A DNA stretch of 64,000 nucleotides, from the NCBI GenBank assembly GCA_013265495.1, contig MU058824.1:2383111-2447110 (forward strand), written 5' to 3'. Within the stretch, counting starts at the first letter, position 1, and each line of letters opens with the position of its first letter. The notes below the pieces were generated by a model. It saw only the letters and a program-made list of their open reading frames with translations. It was not told the origin of the DNA and did no database searches. A program made the translations under genes and the position numbers. Of this stretch, positions 12,711-25,849 are shown piece by piece. This DNA is from Vicugna vicugna (Eukaryota).

Positions 12711-13705
12711 TTTTTTAATTGATGTAACATTATATTAGTTTTAGGTGTACAATATAACTATCTGATATTTATATACATTGTGAAATGATCACCACAATAG
12801 GCCTAGTTAACATCAGTCCCTACACATAGTTACAAAAAAAAGTGGGTTTTTTCTTATGATGAGGACTTTTAAGATGTTCTCTCCTAGCAACTTACAAATA
12901 TGCAATACAGTATTATTACCTATAGTCATCATGCTGTGCATTATACTCCCATGCCTTATTTATTACTGGAAGTTTGCACCCTTTGACCTTCTTCACCCAT
13001 TTCACCCACCCCTTCCCCCCCCCCACCTCTGGCAATCACCAATCTGTTCTCTGTGAGATTGGTTAGTTTTTTTCTTTTGTCTTAGATTCCACACATAAGT
13101 GAGATCATATGATATCTGTCTTTCTCTGACTTATTTCACTTCACATAATGCCCTCTAGGCCCATCCATGTTGTCACAAATGGCAAGATTTCATTGTTTTT
13201 TAATGACAAATAGATTCCATTTTATATACCACATTTGCTTTATCCATTCATCCATCAATGAATACTTAGGTTGTTTCCATTTCTTGGCTATTGTAAATAA
13301 TGCTGCAATGAAATGGGGATACATATATATTTTTTGAATTAGTGTTTTCATTTTCTTTGGATAAATATCCAGAAGTGAAATTGCTGGATCACATGGTAGT
13401 TCTATTTTTAATTTTTTTGAGGAACAGCCATACTGTTTTCCATAATGGGTTCATCCATTTATATTCCCACCAATGGCGCACACAGGGTTCCCAATTCACC
13501 ACATCCTCACCAATGCTTGTTATTTCTTGTCTTTTTAATAACAGCCATTTTAACAGGTGTGAGGGGATATCTTATTGTGGTTTGATTTGCATTACCCTGA
13601 TGATTGGTGATACTGAGCAACTTTTTATGTACCTGTTGGCCAGCTGTGTCTTCTTTGGAAAAATGTCTATTCAGTTCTTCTGCTCAATTTTTAATCAGAT
13701 TTTTT
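12711..13705 (-). mobile_element. L1 3' end (end of ORF2 plus 3' UTR), sense to TMOD1
   Basis: Poly-T start, then typical reverse L1 sequence: ttagattccacacataagtgagatcat, tatccattcatccatcaatg, gtggtttgatttgcatt. Confidence 0.9.
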
Positions 13706-13749
13706 AAAACTTTAACCTTAAAAAATCCTTAAATTTAAAAAATGAAATT

Positions 13750-14078
13750 AAATAAAATTTACATGGAATCTAAAAAGTAATACAAATGAATGTATACAGC
13801 AAAACAGAAACAGACTCACAGATATGGAAAACAAACTAGTGGTTACCAGTGGGGAGAGGGAAGGGGGAGGGGCAAGACAGGGGTAGGGAATTAAGAGGTA
13901 CAAACTACTATGTATAAAATAGATAAGCAGCAAGGCTATATTGTATAGCACAGGGAACTATAGCCACAGTCTCATAATAACTTTTAAAGGAGTATAGTCT
14001 ATAAAAATACAGAATAACTACGCTATACACCTGACACTAATATAATATTGTAAATCAGCTATACTTCAATTAAAAAAA
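13750..14078 (+). mobile_element. L1 3' UTR fragment (cetartiodactyl-type)
   Basis: tggaatctaaaaa...aaacagaaacagactcacag...tatagcacagggaacta...tacttcaattaaaaaaa. Confidence 0.88.
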
Positions 14079-14744
14079 CTGAAACATTAAGTAAAATGTA
14101 AAATTCAGTTCCTCAGTTCATTAGCCACATTTCAAGTGTACAATAGCCACTGGCTAGTAGCTACCATATTGGTCAGTGCAGATACAAAACATTCCAGTCA
14201 TCACAGAAAGTTCTGTGATGACAGGATGGTGCTACCCTAGATCATGAGTCCTTGGAGAGAACACAGAACCCTGTATCTCTAGGTCAAGGTCAAGGAATTG
14301 AATTGAATGGAAGAAATAGGAACATGATCAGTGCAAAACAACACAGGGAGATGGACAAAAATACAGCAGCCTAACAGCCAAAAGGATGCTTATGGAACTG
14401 CATGCTTGTTGAGACGCTATTGAGACTCCAGACAGAGAACTCCTCCCAGGTATTATGAGTTCACCAGAGCTTGTCTAGGTTCAGATGGGGCTCAGACTGC
14501 TGGCTAAGGCAGGCGGAGAAACGATAGTGAGATTCCACCAGCCCATCTGGCAAGGCTCCTGAAAGTGCTGGAAAGAGCTCAGGTCTGTCCTCAGAGGCCC
14601 CAGCACAGCCCTGGGCTCGGGCCGACTTGGCCTGGCAGACGACAGACCATCTGAGACCCCAGTAAGGAAATGGCAGGTCCCCCGTCCACCCCATTTAGCA
14701 GGAAGCCTGGCCTCTCCTTGACACCACTTGCTGGGAAAGCTCTA

Positions 14745-15750
14745 CTAGAACTCATGCAACTTAATAACAACAACAACAAAAAAACCCAAACAATCCAATC
14801 CAAAAATGAGCAGAAACCTAAAAAAGCAATTCTCCAATGAAGAGATACAAATGGCCAATAGGCATATGAAAAAAATGCTCAATATTGCTAATTATCAGAG
14901 AATTGCAAATCAAAACTACAATGAGGTATCATCTCATACCAGTCAAAATGGCCATCACTCAAAAGTCCACAAATGATAAATGCTGGAGAGGGTGTGGAGA
15001 AAAGGGAACCCTACTACACTGCTGGTGGGAATGCAGTTTGGTGCAGCCATTATGGAAAACAGAATGGAGATTCCTCAAAAAACTAAAAATAGACCTACCA
15101 TATGAGATCCAGCAATCCCATTCCAGGGCATATATCCAGAGGAAGCTCTAATTCTAAAAGATACATGCACCCTAATGTTCATAGCAGCACTATTTACAAT
15201 AGTCAAGACGTGGAAACAACCTAAATGTCCACTGACAGATGACTAGATAAAGAAGGTGGGGTATATTTATACAATGGAATACTACTCAGACATAAAAAGA
15301 ATAAAATAATGCCATTTGCAGCAACATGGATGGACCTGGAGACTGTCATTCTATGTGAAGTAAGCCAGAAAGAGAAAGAAAAATACCATATGATATCATT
15401 CATATGTGGAATCTAAAAGAAGAAAAAAGAAGACACTAATGAACTTATCTGCAAAACAGAAACAGACTCACAGACATAGAAAACAAATTAATGGTTACTG
15501 GGGGGAAAGGGGAGTGGGAAGGGACAAATTGGGAGTTTGAGATTTGCAAATATTAACTACCATATATAAAACAGATAAACAATGTTTCTTCTGCATGGCA
15601 CAGGGGGCTATATTCAATATCTTGTTATAACCTATAATGAAAAAGAATATGAAAACGAATACATGTATATATATGAATGACTGAAACATTACATTGTACA
15701 CCAGAAGCTGACACACTAAATTGATTACACTTCAATTAAAAAAATAAAAT
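14745..15750 (+). mobile_element. L1 3' end (ORF2 C-terminus plus 3' UTR)
   Basis: ORF 14885..15151 [18 protein letters not shown]...[28 protein letters not shown] is the L1 ORF2 Cys-rich C-terminus; A-rich tail near 15740. Confidence 0.93.
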
Positions 15751-16571
15751 ACCACCCCCCCAAAACACATACACACACACAAAATAAAATACACATACAC
15801 ACAAACAACTCTGATCTCTTATTTTTCAAATAGCATTTAGTGGTCACTGTGTGCTAGGCACACCATAAGCACTTTACATAAGCTAAGTCAATTTCTCCTC
15901 CCTGTGAACCTATGGAATATGTAGTATTCTTACAACTTTCATCTTACAGAGGAGGAACATGATGAACAGAGATACTAAGAAATTTCCCCCAAATCACAGA
16001 GCTACTCAGTTTCAGAACCAGGATTTGAATGTGGGTAGTTTGCTCTGGAGCCTGTGCGAGTTCCCATCTCACTCGGGTGCCTCAGAGGAAGCTCAGAAGG
16101 CAGAAGTAGGGCTGACAAGAGGAGCCACAGGCAGACGGAGCTGCTCAGTGTGCAGACTGAGGTCTCATCATCACCAGCATCGGGTAAAGTAGCGGACTGT
16201 CCATCCCTGCAGGTTTGTGAACAGACGGGCCATGTCTTGTAAGGGTCTCCTAGACGTCCTTACGAATGGGGACACTTAGGCTCCATGACCTTTAAAGCCT
16301 CCGGGGCCTGCATCCTGTACATCAATGGATAGCTTGCTTGGATGGTATAAAAAGTTAGGAGGCAACCTTGACAGTGTGTGGAAGGCAATTAGGAGCCCCT
16401 TGGGGAGAGACTGGGGTGGTGGGGGTCACACCAGGACTGGCAACACAGACTGCCAGCAGAGCCAGGGAGGGGGGTTGGGAAAGAACTCCTGCCCCTCTTC
16501 AGATGTGCTTGAGATTTAAATAAATCATTTGTGAATAAATATAGTTTCATTATTAAAAGTTCTAGTGATAC

Positions 16572-16698
16572 ACAGAGAACTATATTCAATATCTTGTAAT
16601 AACATATAATGAAAAAATATATATATAACTGAATCACTATGCTGTACACTAGAAACTAACACAACATTGTAAATCAACTCTATTTCCATTAAAAAAAA
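16572..16698 (+). mobile_element. Short 5'-truncated L1 tail with 12-bp TSD
   Basis: TTCTAGTGATAC at 16560-16571 and 16699-16710 flanks an L1 3' UTR end plus poly-A. Confidence 0.85.
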
Positions 16699-17654
16699 TT
16701 CTAGTGATACTAAAGCAGATGGAGTAAAATGAGTGTCCCTTCACATCATTTATCCCCAGTCCTACCCTCTTTCCACACAAGTAACCTCCATGGCCAATGA
16801 AGTGTGTTCCTATGGATTTTTTTTCTATGAAGTATGTAACAAAAATAAAGATTATTCTTATTTTAATTTTTTTTCTTAATGGAGTCATACTACACATACT
16901 GTTCTGCAACTTGTCTTTTTCATTTAATGTTTTCCACAGATCTTACCAAGTCAGCACACAGAACTACCTTATGCCTTTTAACAGCTTCATGGGATGCCCT
17001 GGTAGAGTTGGATATTTCATTTGCTTCCAGTTTTCCTTGTTACTAATAATGCAGAAATGGGCTTCGCAGGGGAGGGAAGAGAATTCTTCAGGCTGAATGT
17101 GGAGATACAGAATGGGTGGGCTGAAAGACTTTTGAATTAAAAGTGTGACTGCCCTACCAAAAGGACACAGACGCTGACGTGCCCTGCAGGAGTGCAGGAG
17201 AGCTCTCGCTCCCTCAGACTTTACTATAACCACCTGTTATCAATCTGGTGAGAAAATGATCAGGTTCACTACTTAAAAAAAAGCCAACCAACAACTCAGG
17301 TGGAATTGAGCTGCGACCTGAGCTGGCAGCTCTGAGACCCTCATTCTGGCCAGAGGCACCGTGGACGTCAAGAAGCTCACTTGATACATTTCATGGAGCC
17401 AATAGTGGCCTTTTCTTTGTGGTCTAGAAGATGTGGACAAGCAGGAGCACTTGAAAAAAAAAAAACAAAAGAAAGGAGCCCTGGGAATTATCTAATTCAA
17501 CTCCAGAAGTCCCAAACCCTGCGGAGGGGAGCGCACCACCCTTCGAGGTGCCTGCTCCATCCTTGGGCTGCTCTGCTGGTTTGAAAGACCTTTCTGGTCA
17601 AACTGCAACAACAGAAAACAATATAGATGATTCTCACTCTGCAAATTAAAATGT

Positions 17655-18120
17655 GCCTGCAAATTATTTGATACTCTGCCCTTCAAAAGGTAGAGCCAAA
17701 TTCCCCGCCCCTTGAGTGTGGTTGTCCATAGTGACTCACTCCTAATAGGCAGAATACAGAATGCCAACAGACAGAAGTGAATGCCAACGTTGGCTCTATA
17801 AAGGGCGTTTGCAGCTTCCTTCTTTCTCTGCCTTGGATCACTCACTCTGGGAGAGGTTAGCTGCCATGTAGTGAGGACACTCAAGCAGCCCTATGGAGAG
17901 GTCCACATGGCAAGGAGCTGAGGCCTCCTGCCAACAGCCATGGAGGGAGCCACATGGAAGCAGTTCCTCCAGCCCTGGTCAGGCCTTCAGACTGCACCTT
18001 GACTGCAATCTCCTCAGAGATCTTGGGTTAGATCCATGCAGCCAAACTTCTCCTGGATTCCTGACTCAGAAACTGTGAATGAAATACCTGTTCATTGTTG
18101 CTCCAAGCTGTGAAGTTTGT
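17655..18120 (+). mobile_element. MLT1 (ERVL-MaLR) solo LTR, MLT1F/G-like
   Basis: tttgatactctgcccttcaaaaggtagag...cagccctatggagaggtccacatggcaaggagctgagg...ggattcctgactcagaaactgtga. Confidence 0.75.
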
Positions 18121-21100
18121 GTGTGTGTGTGTGGGGGGGTGCTGGTACACAACTGATAGGCTCGCAGACAATGCTGAGCAAAAATAGCCAGACAAAAAAG
18201 AACACATGCATGTGATTCCATGTATATCAACTTTAAGAACAGGCAAAATTCATCTACGGTGATAGAAATCAGAATATGATTGTATTTGCAGGGTACTAAT
18301 TGGCAAGGGAGCATGAGGGAGACTGCTGGGGTGCTAGAAATGTTCCACATCTTGATCTTGGTGATGATTACACAGCTGTATATAAATGTATAAACCCACT
18401 GAGAAGTCTACTTGAGATGTATTTGCTTTACTATATGTAAGTTACACTTCAATAAAAAGTAAACATAAGTAGGAAAGGAAGGAATAAGAGAGGAAGGGAA
18501 AGAGGTTAAAAATTATTCCCTGTATGAACCAGAATCTCTCGGGTGTCAGTCCTCCCCACCCCACCGTTCCACCACCAGCCGGGTCTAATCAACAATAGAA
18601 ATGTCTCCTCTCTTTATTGAGAGAAGACCATGTGCCAGGTACTGATTAAGGGATCAACACATCAAGCCCTCTCACAACCCTATTCAGGGAGTACGAATAT
18701 CATCCTCATTTTATAGGTGAGGAAACTGAGGCAAGGCTACATTAGTGCCTTTCGCCAATTACACAGCAAGAACACACCAGAGCTGGTGCTAAGCTGGGCC
18801 AACTTGATCCCTTGTTTGACTTCAAGTGTCAGAGATTTGAAGTCAGGGAGACCCCAGATCTGTCCATCTCCAGCCTGGAAAGCTCCTGGCTTTTCAGAAC
18901 AGAGTACAGCCTCCAGTGGGGACCTGACATGGTGCAAGATGGTCACTATCATAAATCTTTATTCTGATTTCATTCTGATCCGCGTAGGGAAAAGGTTTTC
19001 TCTACGTCATTTCCACTGACTTTATCTCATCTTTCTCTGAGAAGTGAGGTCAGTAAAGGAACATAATTGATATTTAGAGGGATAGTGATACATGCCCGTC
19101 CTCTTGGGAGGCTGAATATTTCCAGTCTGAAATACTTCAATTCAAAATGAGACTACAGAAACAAAAATCATGTGCAGATAAGAGCTGCTGCTTAGAAGCT
19201 AAAAGTAAAAGGAACAAAACAGAGAACACAATTGGTCTTGTTCTCTTGGTTTTCAAGTGTGTTTTCTTCTATCTTGCAAAACCAGCAGCCACATTCAGCC
19301 TCATTTAAAAACCAGTTAGCCAGCTGCCATGAGTGTGGGATCTAAAATTAAGGGGTGTCACCATGAGTGAAAACCTTCAGGATCCTATTCCAGCATAGCT
19401 TTTGTTCTCTTTCTAAATTTATTTCCACTAGGACAATAATCCAATCTGGAAAAGAAGAAATACAATCTACACTTCCTTTATTTTCTTTCAAAAGTACTAA
19501 GCACATCTTCACTGTCAAATATGGGAACAAAATGTGAGAAATCCGGCCAGTTCCCCTCAGATGTTGCACGTGTCTTCACTTGGGGAGGGGTCCTGTTTTC
19601 AGGCCTCATCTGTGCTGAGGGGCAGGTTGAGTGCCCTGTAGCCCGAGGGCCTGAGGGTCCCCTGGAGGGAGCTCTGTGGTGGGGAGGGGTGGGTGAATCA
19701 GGAGGGGCAGAGAACCACTGTTTGGATGGGGCTGACTTGGGGTGGGTGTGTCCTGCCTGTGTCCTGGGGGCTGAGAGGGTCTCTCCTGTCCATCTGCAAA
19801 TGAAGCCTGTCTGGAACCAGGATGCCTCAGTTCCAGCTCAGCTCTGACACTAACTTGACCCGCAACCTTGTCATGCTCCATCCCTTCTCTGCTCCTGATT
19901 TCCCTATCTGTGAAAGGAGGGCTGGACTAGACGTTTCTCAGCGCCCCCAGCTGTGGCTCAGGCCCCCCTCCACTCCCTCCCCAGCCTCTCTGCCGTCCCA
20001 GGGCAACTTCAGGGGCGAAAGAACATTGCATGGAGGTAAAGAAGGCCTGGCTGAGTAAACAAACAGCCCCAGAGTCCTATTCCTGAATCTGTGTCCTGAG
20101 CCAGCCTGCAAGGCTCTGTGTCACCCAGGGCAGAACTCCCCAGGTCCCTTTCTTTGGCCGTATAAGGAGAAAGGTCAGAGACTCTGACACAGGTTACAGG
20201 CACAAGGGCTGAGGAGAGAGTTGTGGCCTCTCAGGGACTAACCAAGAACGAGGAATAAATCCAACACCACTCACCACCTCCTCTTTGCCACACCCCGCAC
20301 AGCCCCGTGCTGGGGCCCAGCCTCTGGGGACACTGTGAGAGGCGTGGGTGGCCTTCCCCAAGCCAGGCCAGCAGGGCCCCTCCCCGAGACTGGCCCCAGC
20401 CCTCTCTCCCCATCCCCTGCCAGACCCCCAGGAACACCTCCCCACAGGCCCCACATCTGGTGGTCAGAGCCCCCTCTGGTCTCCTAGGCCCCGATGCCCT
20501 CTTCCCACCCGCAATCCTCTCCCATCCAGCCAGGCACCATCTTTGCAGAGCGCAACTCTGACTGGGGCCGACAGCAGCCCACAGACCACTCTCCCTCCAA
20601 CTACCCATTCACAGCCCTTTGGAATCCCACTTCCTCTCTGGCTTTCCTCCGGGACTCCCGGTAGTCTAGTTTGGATGGGTTCCATGTTTCCCCTCCCCTT
20701 CTCTTTGTTCATGTGGTTCCCTGCACCAGGGATGCCACAGCCTCTATTTCACCCTCAGAGATACTGTCTACTCTACGGGCTTATCTCAAATTCCACCTCC
20801 TCCAAGAAGCCCTCCCTGATGCCTGCTCCTGAATGAGATTTCCTCCTGCAGTGACCCACTGTCTGTGGCTTGCTGGAGCACCTGGTTGGACGGTCAACTG
20901 TACACTTGTCTGTCTTCTCAGCCAGCGTGGAATCCTGAGAGGGCTGAGCCAGAGCCAGAGCCTCATTCACACACAGAGCCCAGCATAACCCTCGGCTATA
21001 GCGGGCATCATCTAACACTGAGATGAATGAAAAAAAAGATGCTCCTGGGATGGGGTTGGGGCAGGTGGTAACTACTGCTCCAGCCTGGCAACAAGGGAAA

Positions 21101-21169
21101 AGGACAGCTGAGAAAAGCCAAGGCCCACACAAAACTACAGTAGGGTTCAAGGGCCCAGACAGGCACAGC

Positions 21170-21370
21170 TCATGGACTTTAGAGTCACACAGACCTGGGT
21201 TTGAATCTTGCCTCTGTCACTCACTTGCTGTGTGACCTTGGGCAGGTTACATAGCTTGCCTGGGCCTCAGTTTCCTCCTCTACAATGCTGGGGTGGACTG
21301 TGACACCCACTCAAAAAGTCTTTGTGAGCATTAAATGAGATAATGGATATATGGCACCTGCTCAGTAAAT
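21170..21370. mobile_element. MIR SINE (representative; others near 5500, 6250, 15900, 23050, 27950, 43950, 58150)
   Basis: MIR core: gacctgggtttgaatcttgcctctgtcactcacttgctgtgtgaccttgggcaggttac...cctcagtttcctc. Confidence 0.85.
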
Positions 21371-23880
21371 GAACTCTTAGAATAACATGTGAACTCCCTA
21401 GGTCACCTTCAGAGTAATTATAAAAGTGAACAGCTTCATAGTTCGCATCTGTTATCTCCTTAGAAGTAGAAATTCTTATTATCCCCATTTTACAAGTGAG
21501 GAAACTGAGGCTCGACGAAATGAATGTTCTCACACCAGGGTGTTCAGCCAGGGTGAGAGTGATGGTCAGCATTGGCTCTCTCTCTCTGGGCTCTGGGGGG
21601 ACAGTAGTGAGAGGGAAGGTAGGCAGCTCGCTCCCTGCCAGCTGCCACCACAGTGACCTGAGGCCAGGGTCATCTCTGGCCAACATTCTGCTCCAGGAAT
21701 CAGGTTTCAGCTGATGTTGGGTAGACCCTGACTCCCTGCCTGGCTAGGCCTGGAGTCACATGAGTAGCTGATCCCAGGGTCTGACCCAGCACTGCTGCCA
21801 AGCCTGCTACATGCCTTTGTTCCATCTGATCTGTCCCTGCTGCCTGCAATACAGCAGGGTCAGCAATGGAAGAAAGGGTGGGAGTGATGGAGGCTGGGAA
21901 TGGGTGATGCAGCAGCAGGCTGCTGGCATGTGAGAGATCGAAGGAATTCGATGCAGCAAGTTCACATGACAGGACTGCTGCAGGCTCATGTGGCCTCTTT
22001 CTAGGAACTAGAAAAAAGTGCCTTCTCTGGGTGAACAAATCCCCACACCAAGGCTTGGAGAGTAGAATATGCATTGGATATTGCTCCCTGTCATCTCATT
22101 GTGCAGTGAACAACATGCACAACTATCCAGGGCAGGCCTGCTTACCAAGTACCACTGCAGGGTCAAGTTCTGAGCTGGGTATTGGGATACAGAGATGACT
22201 CAAACATAGCACCAGCTTCTGAGAAGCTCACAGGAAAGCAAAGGTGCTAGGAGAACACAGGGAAGGAGCCCTCAACTCTCTCTAGGGGGAGGCTTAGAGG
22301 CCCAATAGCAGACTAAAGGGAGAAGGGAGTGATATGCTGGCTCCTGGGGGGGAAAAAGAAAAGGTTGTTTTTTCAATTTCCATAATATAAATACTTCCAC
22401 TAGGGGTGACTTCAAGGTACCATAGTGCCATCCCTGAAGGAAAGTTGAGAAGAGGCACCCACAGTCAGCTCTGGCAAGCGATTCAAACTGGCTATTGAAC
22501 ACCACTGGGAGAAGGAGAGGCTTCGACTGAATCAAGAAGGAAGATGAGGATTTCTCTAGGCAGAGAAGGGCAGGGGCAGAGGAGGACATTCCAGGGAAGG
22601 GAAAAGCAAGAGCTAAGACAGGGACGTGTGAAAGCAAGTAGGGAGCAAACTGTGAATAGTTTTGTAGGGGTCATGATTGAGAAAGGACTGTCAAAGTCTT
22701 CTGGAGGCTAGAGATGCTCTATTCTTGACAGGGGTTACATGCCTGTTATGATTCATTAAGCTGTTCATTTAACTTCTATGCACTTTTCTGTGTGTCTGTA
22801 GTATTTTTCAATAAGGATAAAAAGTAGAGATAATCTCATTCAGGGGCAATCAGTGTTTACAACTTTGTTACATTTCTGTCTAATTTTTTCCGTATACACA
22901 TATATATATGATCATTCAGGAAACATTTTCATGTATAAAAAAGAAAACACCCAAGTTCCTGATCCATAAACCATAAAGAAGACAGCATTTTAGACCTGGA
23001 AGCGACATGGTGTAGTGGCAGGAGTGTGGGCTTTAGAGTCAGAGACCTGAATCCAAGTCCTGCTTCTGGAAGTGCTCACTCAGCGGCCCTAAGAAAGCTG
23101 CTTGCCTTTAGCTTCTCTGAGCTGTTTTCTCTTCTGCAAAATGAGACTGATAACACCCACATCCTGCAGGGTCGTTGGGAAGATTAGAGTTGACGTGTAA
23201 GGTGCACAGCACAGAGCCTGGCCCACAGGAGACCCTCAACACATGCAACATACAAGGTACTGTTATTAGCATCATCTCAGTCAGAACTGAAAGAGTGTTC
23301 CTGAAAATAAATGACTGAACCACAGAAGTTATAGAGACACAATAACCCTGTAAGAATAAAGACAAACTAGAATTTGCCCAGAAAATAACCCTGATGATAA
23401 GGACACTCAAAAGCCCTTTGGGGAAAAAAAAAAAGCCCATTGAGTGGGGCGTGACTGATGAAAATGGGAATATTTACTTAGTGTGGAAGACTCCAGTGGT
23501 TTATAAGATCTGTGCACCCGATGTGTCCTGTGTGCAGGGGAGAACAGAATTAATCCCAACAAATAGGACTTATAGGGAGCTGGTTTCTTCTGGATATAAG
23601 GAAGGATATTCTCACTGAGGATGGAAGGGGTGACCTTGGTAAGGAGTGAGCTCCCCATCACTAGGGGTACACAAGCAGAAGCTGGGGAGCACTTGATGGG
23701 AATGATGAAGAAGGCAGGCAAGCATGGTGCAGGGTGTGGACTGGTCGATCATGGAAGTCCCCTAAAGCTGGGCTGTGGCGCTTTATAAACAGCAGCATCT
23801 GCTCCATGTGGTGGCAAGTGGGAAAGTGCAGAACGGTGAGTGTCATGTAAAGGACACGAGGGGACCCTTGCCCATCTTAC

Positions 23881-24024
23881 CTGGTTATCGATCTTCAGTT
23901 CCACCAGAGAAGTGTTGTATGGAAGAGCTTCCACCAGGCGCAGGATCCCGGCTCCAGAAATGAAGTTGGATTCCACGTTCAGCGTCTTCAACACCTTATT
24001 CACCTTGAGCATCTCAGCAAGGGC
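23881..24024 (-). CDS. TMOD1: Tropomodulin-1 exon 8 (144 nt), LRR domain
   Basis: ttcaag|[48 protein letters not shown]|gtaaga. Confidence 0.98.
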
Positions 24025-25849
24025 CTTGAACCATAGGAGGAAAGGGAGGGTACCCATGAGTGTCCCGGAGCAAGGCTGGAGCCCCTGTGGGCAGAACCTA
24101 AAACACTGAGGGAGCCTTGCTGGGAGCAAGAGTCCTTTGCACATGGAACCAGGGACCAGGCAAGACAAGCTCCACAACTTCCTTCAACAAGCAGCACTCT
24201 GTGTCCCTCCTCTATTCTCACCTGCCACAGCCCCGAACCTCTCACTGCAGAGTTCCATGCTCCTTAGCCTGCATTGGAAGCCTCCATCACCTGGTTCCCC
24301 CACCCCATTCAGCCTCAAATCTGGCTACCCACTTTCAATAGGGCTACCCTCAGTTCCCAGGCACGGCCAGGGCTTTCCCTCCACCCTGCCTTTGCTCATC
24401 CTTCCCTACCCTCTGGAAAGCCCTTTCCCTTCTCCTTCTCTTTTCCAAACCTTGTCCGTCCTTCAAGGCCATTCTCAATGCTCCTTTCTCCAAGACCTTT
24501 GCTGACATCCCCAGCTAGCTGTGCCCGCCCTCTTGAACCTCACAGACCTTACCCATAACCTTCCTCATGGAACTTGTATTCCTCCATTTACAGTTGTTTT
24601 TATACTGGTGTTTTCTCAATCATTAGACTATATACTTTTGGTGGCCTGACGATGCACCTTGTTCATCCCATGGTGCCCTCAGTGCCCACACAGTGCTCAG
24701 CACGTAGTAGGTCCTCAGTCACTGTTCACCAAGTGACTAGTGGAGTCCCAACCTTGCTATAGATTCTCCACTTGTCTCTTCTATTTCCCTGTTGGAATTC
24801 CATGGAGTTGTCATTCTCTTTGAGCAGCACAGAAGGGAGCCTGGGAAGCCACCCCACTGGGCAAGTGACCAGGACAAACTGGAGGAGAGGAGATCAGGTC
24901 GTCCCCACACGTTTTTGAGGACTTTAGCCAGGGGGGTGTAGATGACAATTAGAGCCTCTGAAGGAGATGAGGTAATTAGTATGTGGTGGAGACGATGTGT
25001 CATGGAGGAAAGGAGACACCAGCAGCTGATAGACCAGGATGTATGATCAGAGGTTGTCTGAAATGAGGATCTGATCCAGGAATGCCCCTCCCACCAGTCC
25101 TGCTTGCTGAAACCCTTCACAAGGCTCAGCTCCCAGAATGCCTTCCGAGCTCAGATCCTCAGCTCTTCCTGTTTCCCTGCGCCCCAGGATGGGATGTCTG
25201 CTTACTCTGTGACCCTGAGTAGACTGGAGCCCCTGAGGAGAGGGACCCAGTCTGTGCCCTCTCTACAGCATCCTTCTTGCTCCCCAGGAGAGGCCTGGCC
25301 TGATATCAAAATATTTAACAATAGTAGGTAAGTGGACCAGGCTGATCCCAGTGGACATGCTGGTGGCTGAGCAGGTCCCAGAGGTACCTGAGTTATGCCA
25401 GTTGTCAACTCTTTGGAACGGGCAGAAGAGCTGGGGCAGGCAGTGGGGGCACTAACAGAGCTCTGGTAGCCTATTTACCAATTGGCCCAGAAGCATTTAC
25501 ATCCTCAAAAATGGGTATCCCGGTGTGAACAGGCTGACATCAGCTGTTGGTCTGGCACAGGGTCAATGTCCCATAAATATCTGTGGAGCTGAGTGGAGTG
25601 CCAGACAGGATGGCCTTGGGTTTCTGATCTACAACATAGCAGTGGACAGGGCACATGGCTTTGCCAGCTCTGTCTCCATGGGCAAACTCAGGATCCACTG
25701 GAGATGTCCTGAGGCCAGAGGACATCTATCCAGAGGTTCTCCACTGGCAGCAGTAAGAGACTATGAATTATTTCTATCATTTCAAAAACATCAAAGGAAA
25801 TCGTCCTACCCATTTCAAAGATCAGAAGATAATTGATTGCTATAAGTGG

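Larger units (their letters stand above)
12663..14220 (-). mobile_element. MER3 (hAT-Charlie) split by two L1 insertions
   Basis: Left piece cagccactagccacatgtggct (about 12663-12710); right piece aaattcagttcctcagt...tagccacatttcaagtg...acagaaagttct (about 14080-14220). Confidence 0.75.
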
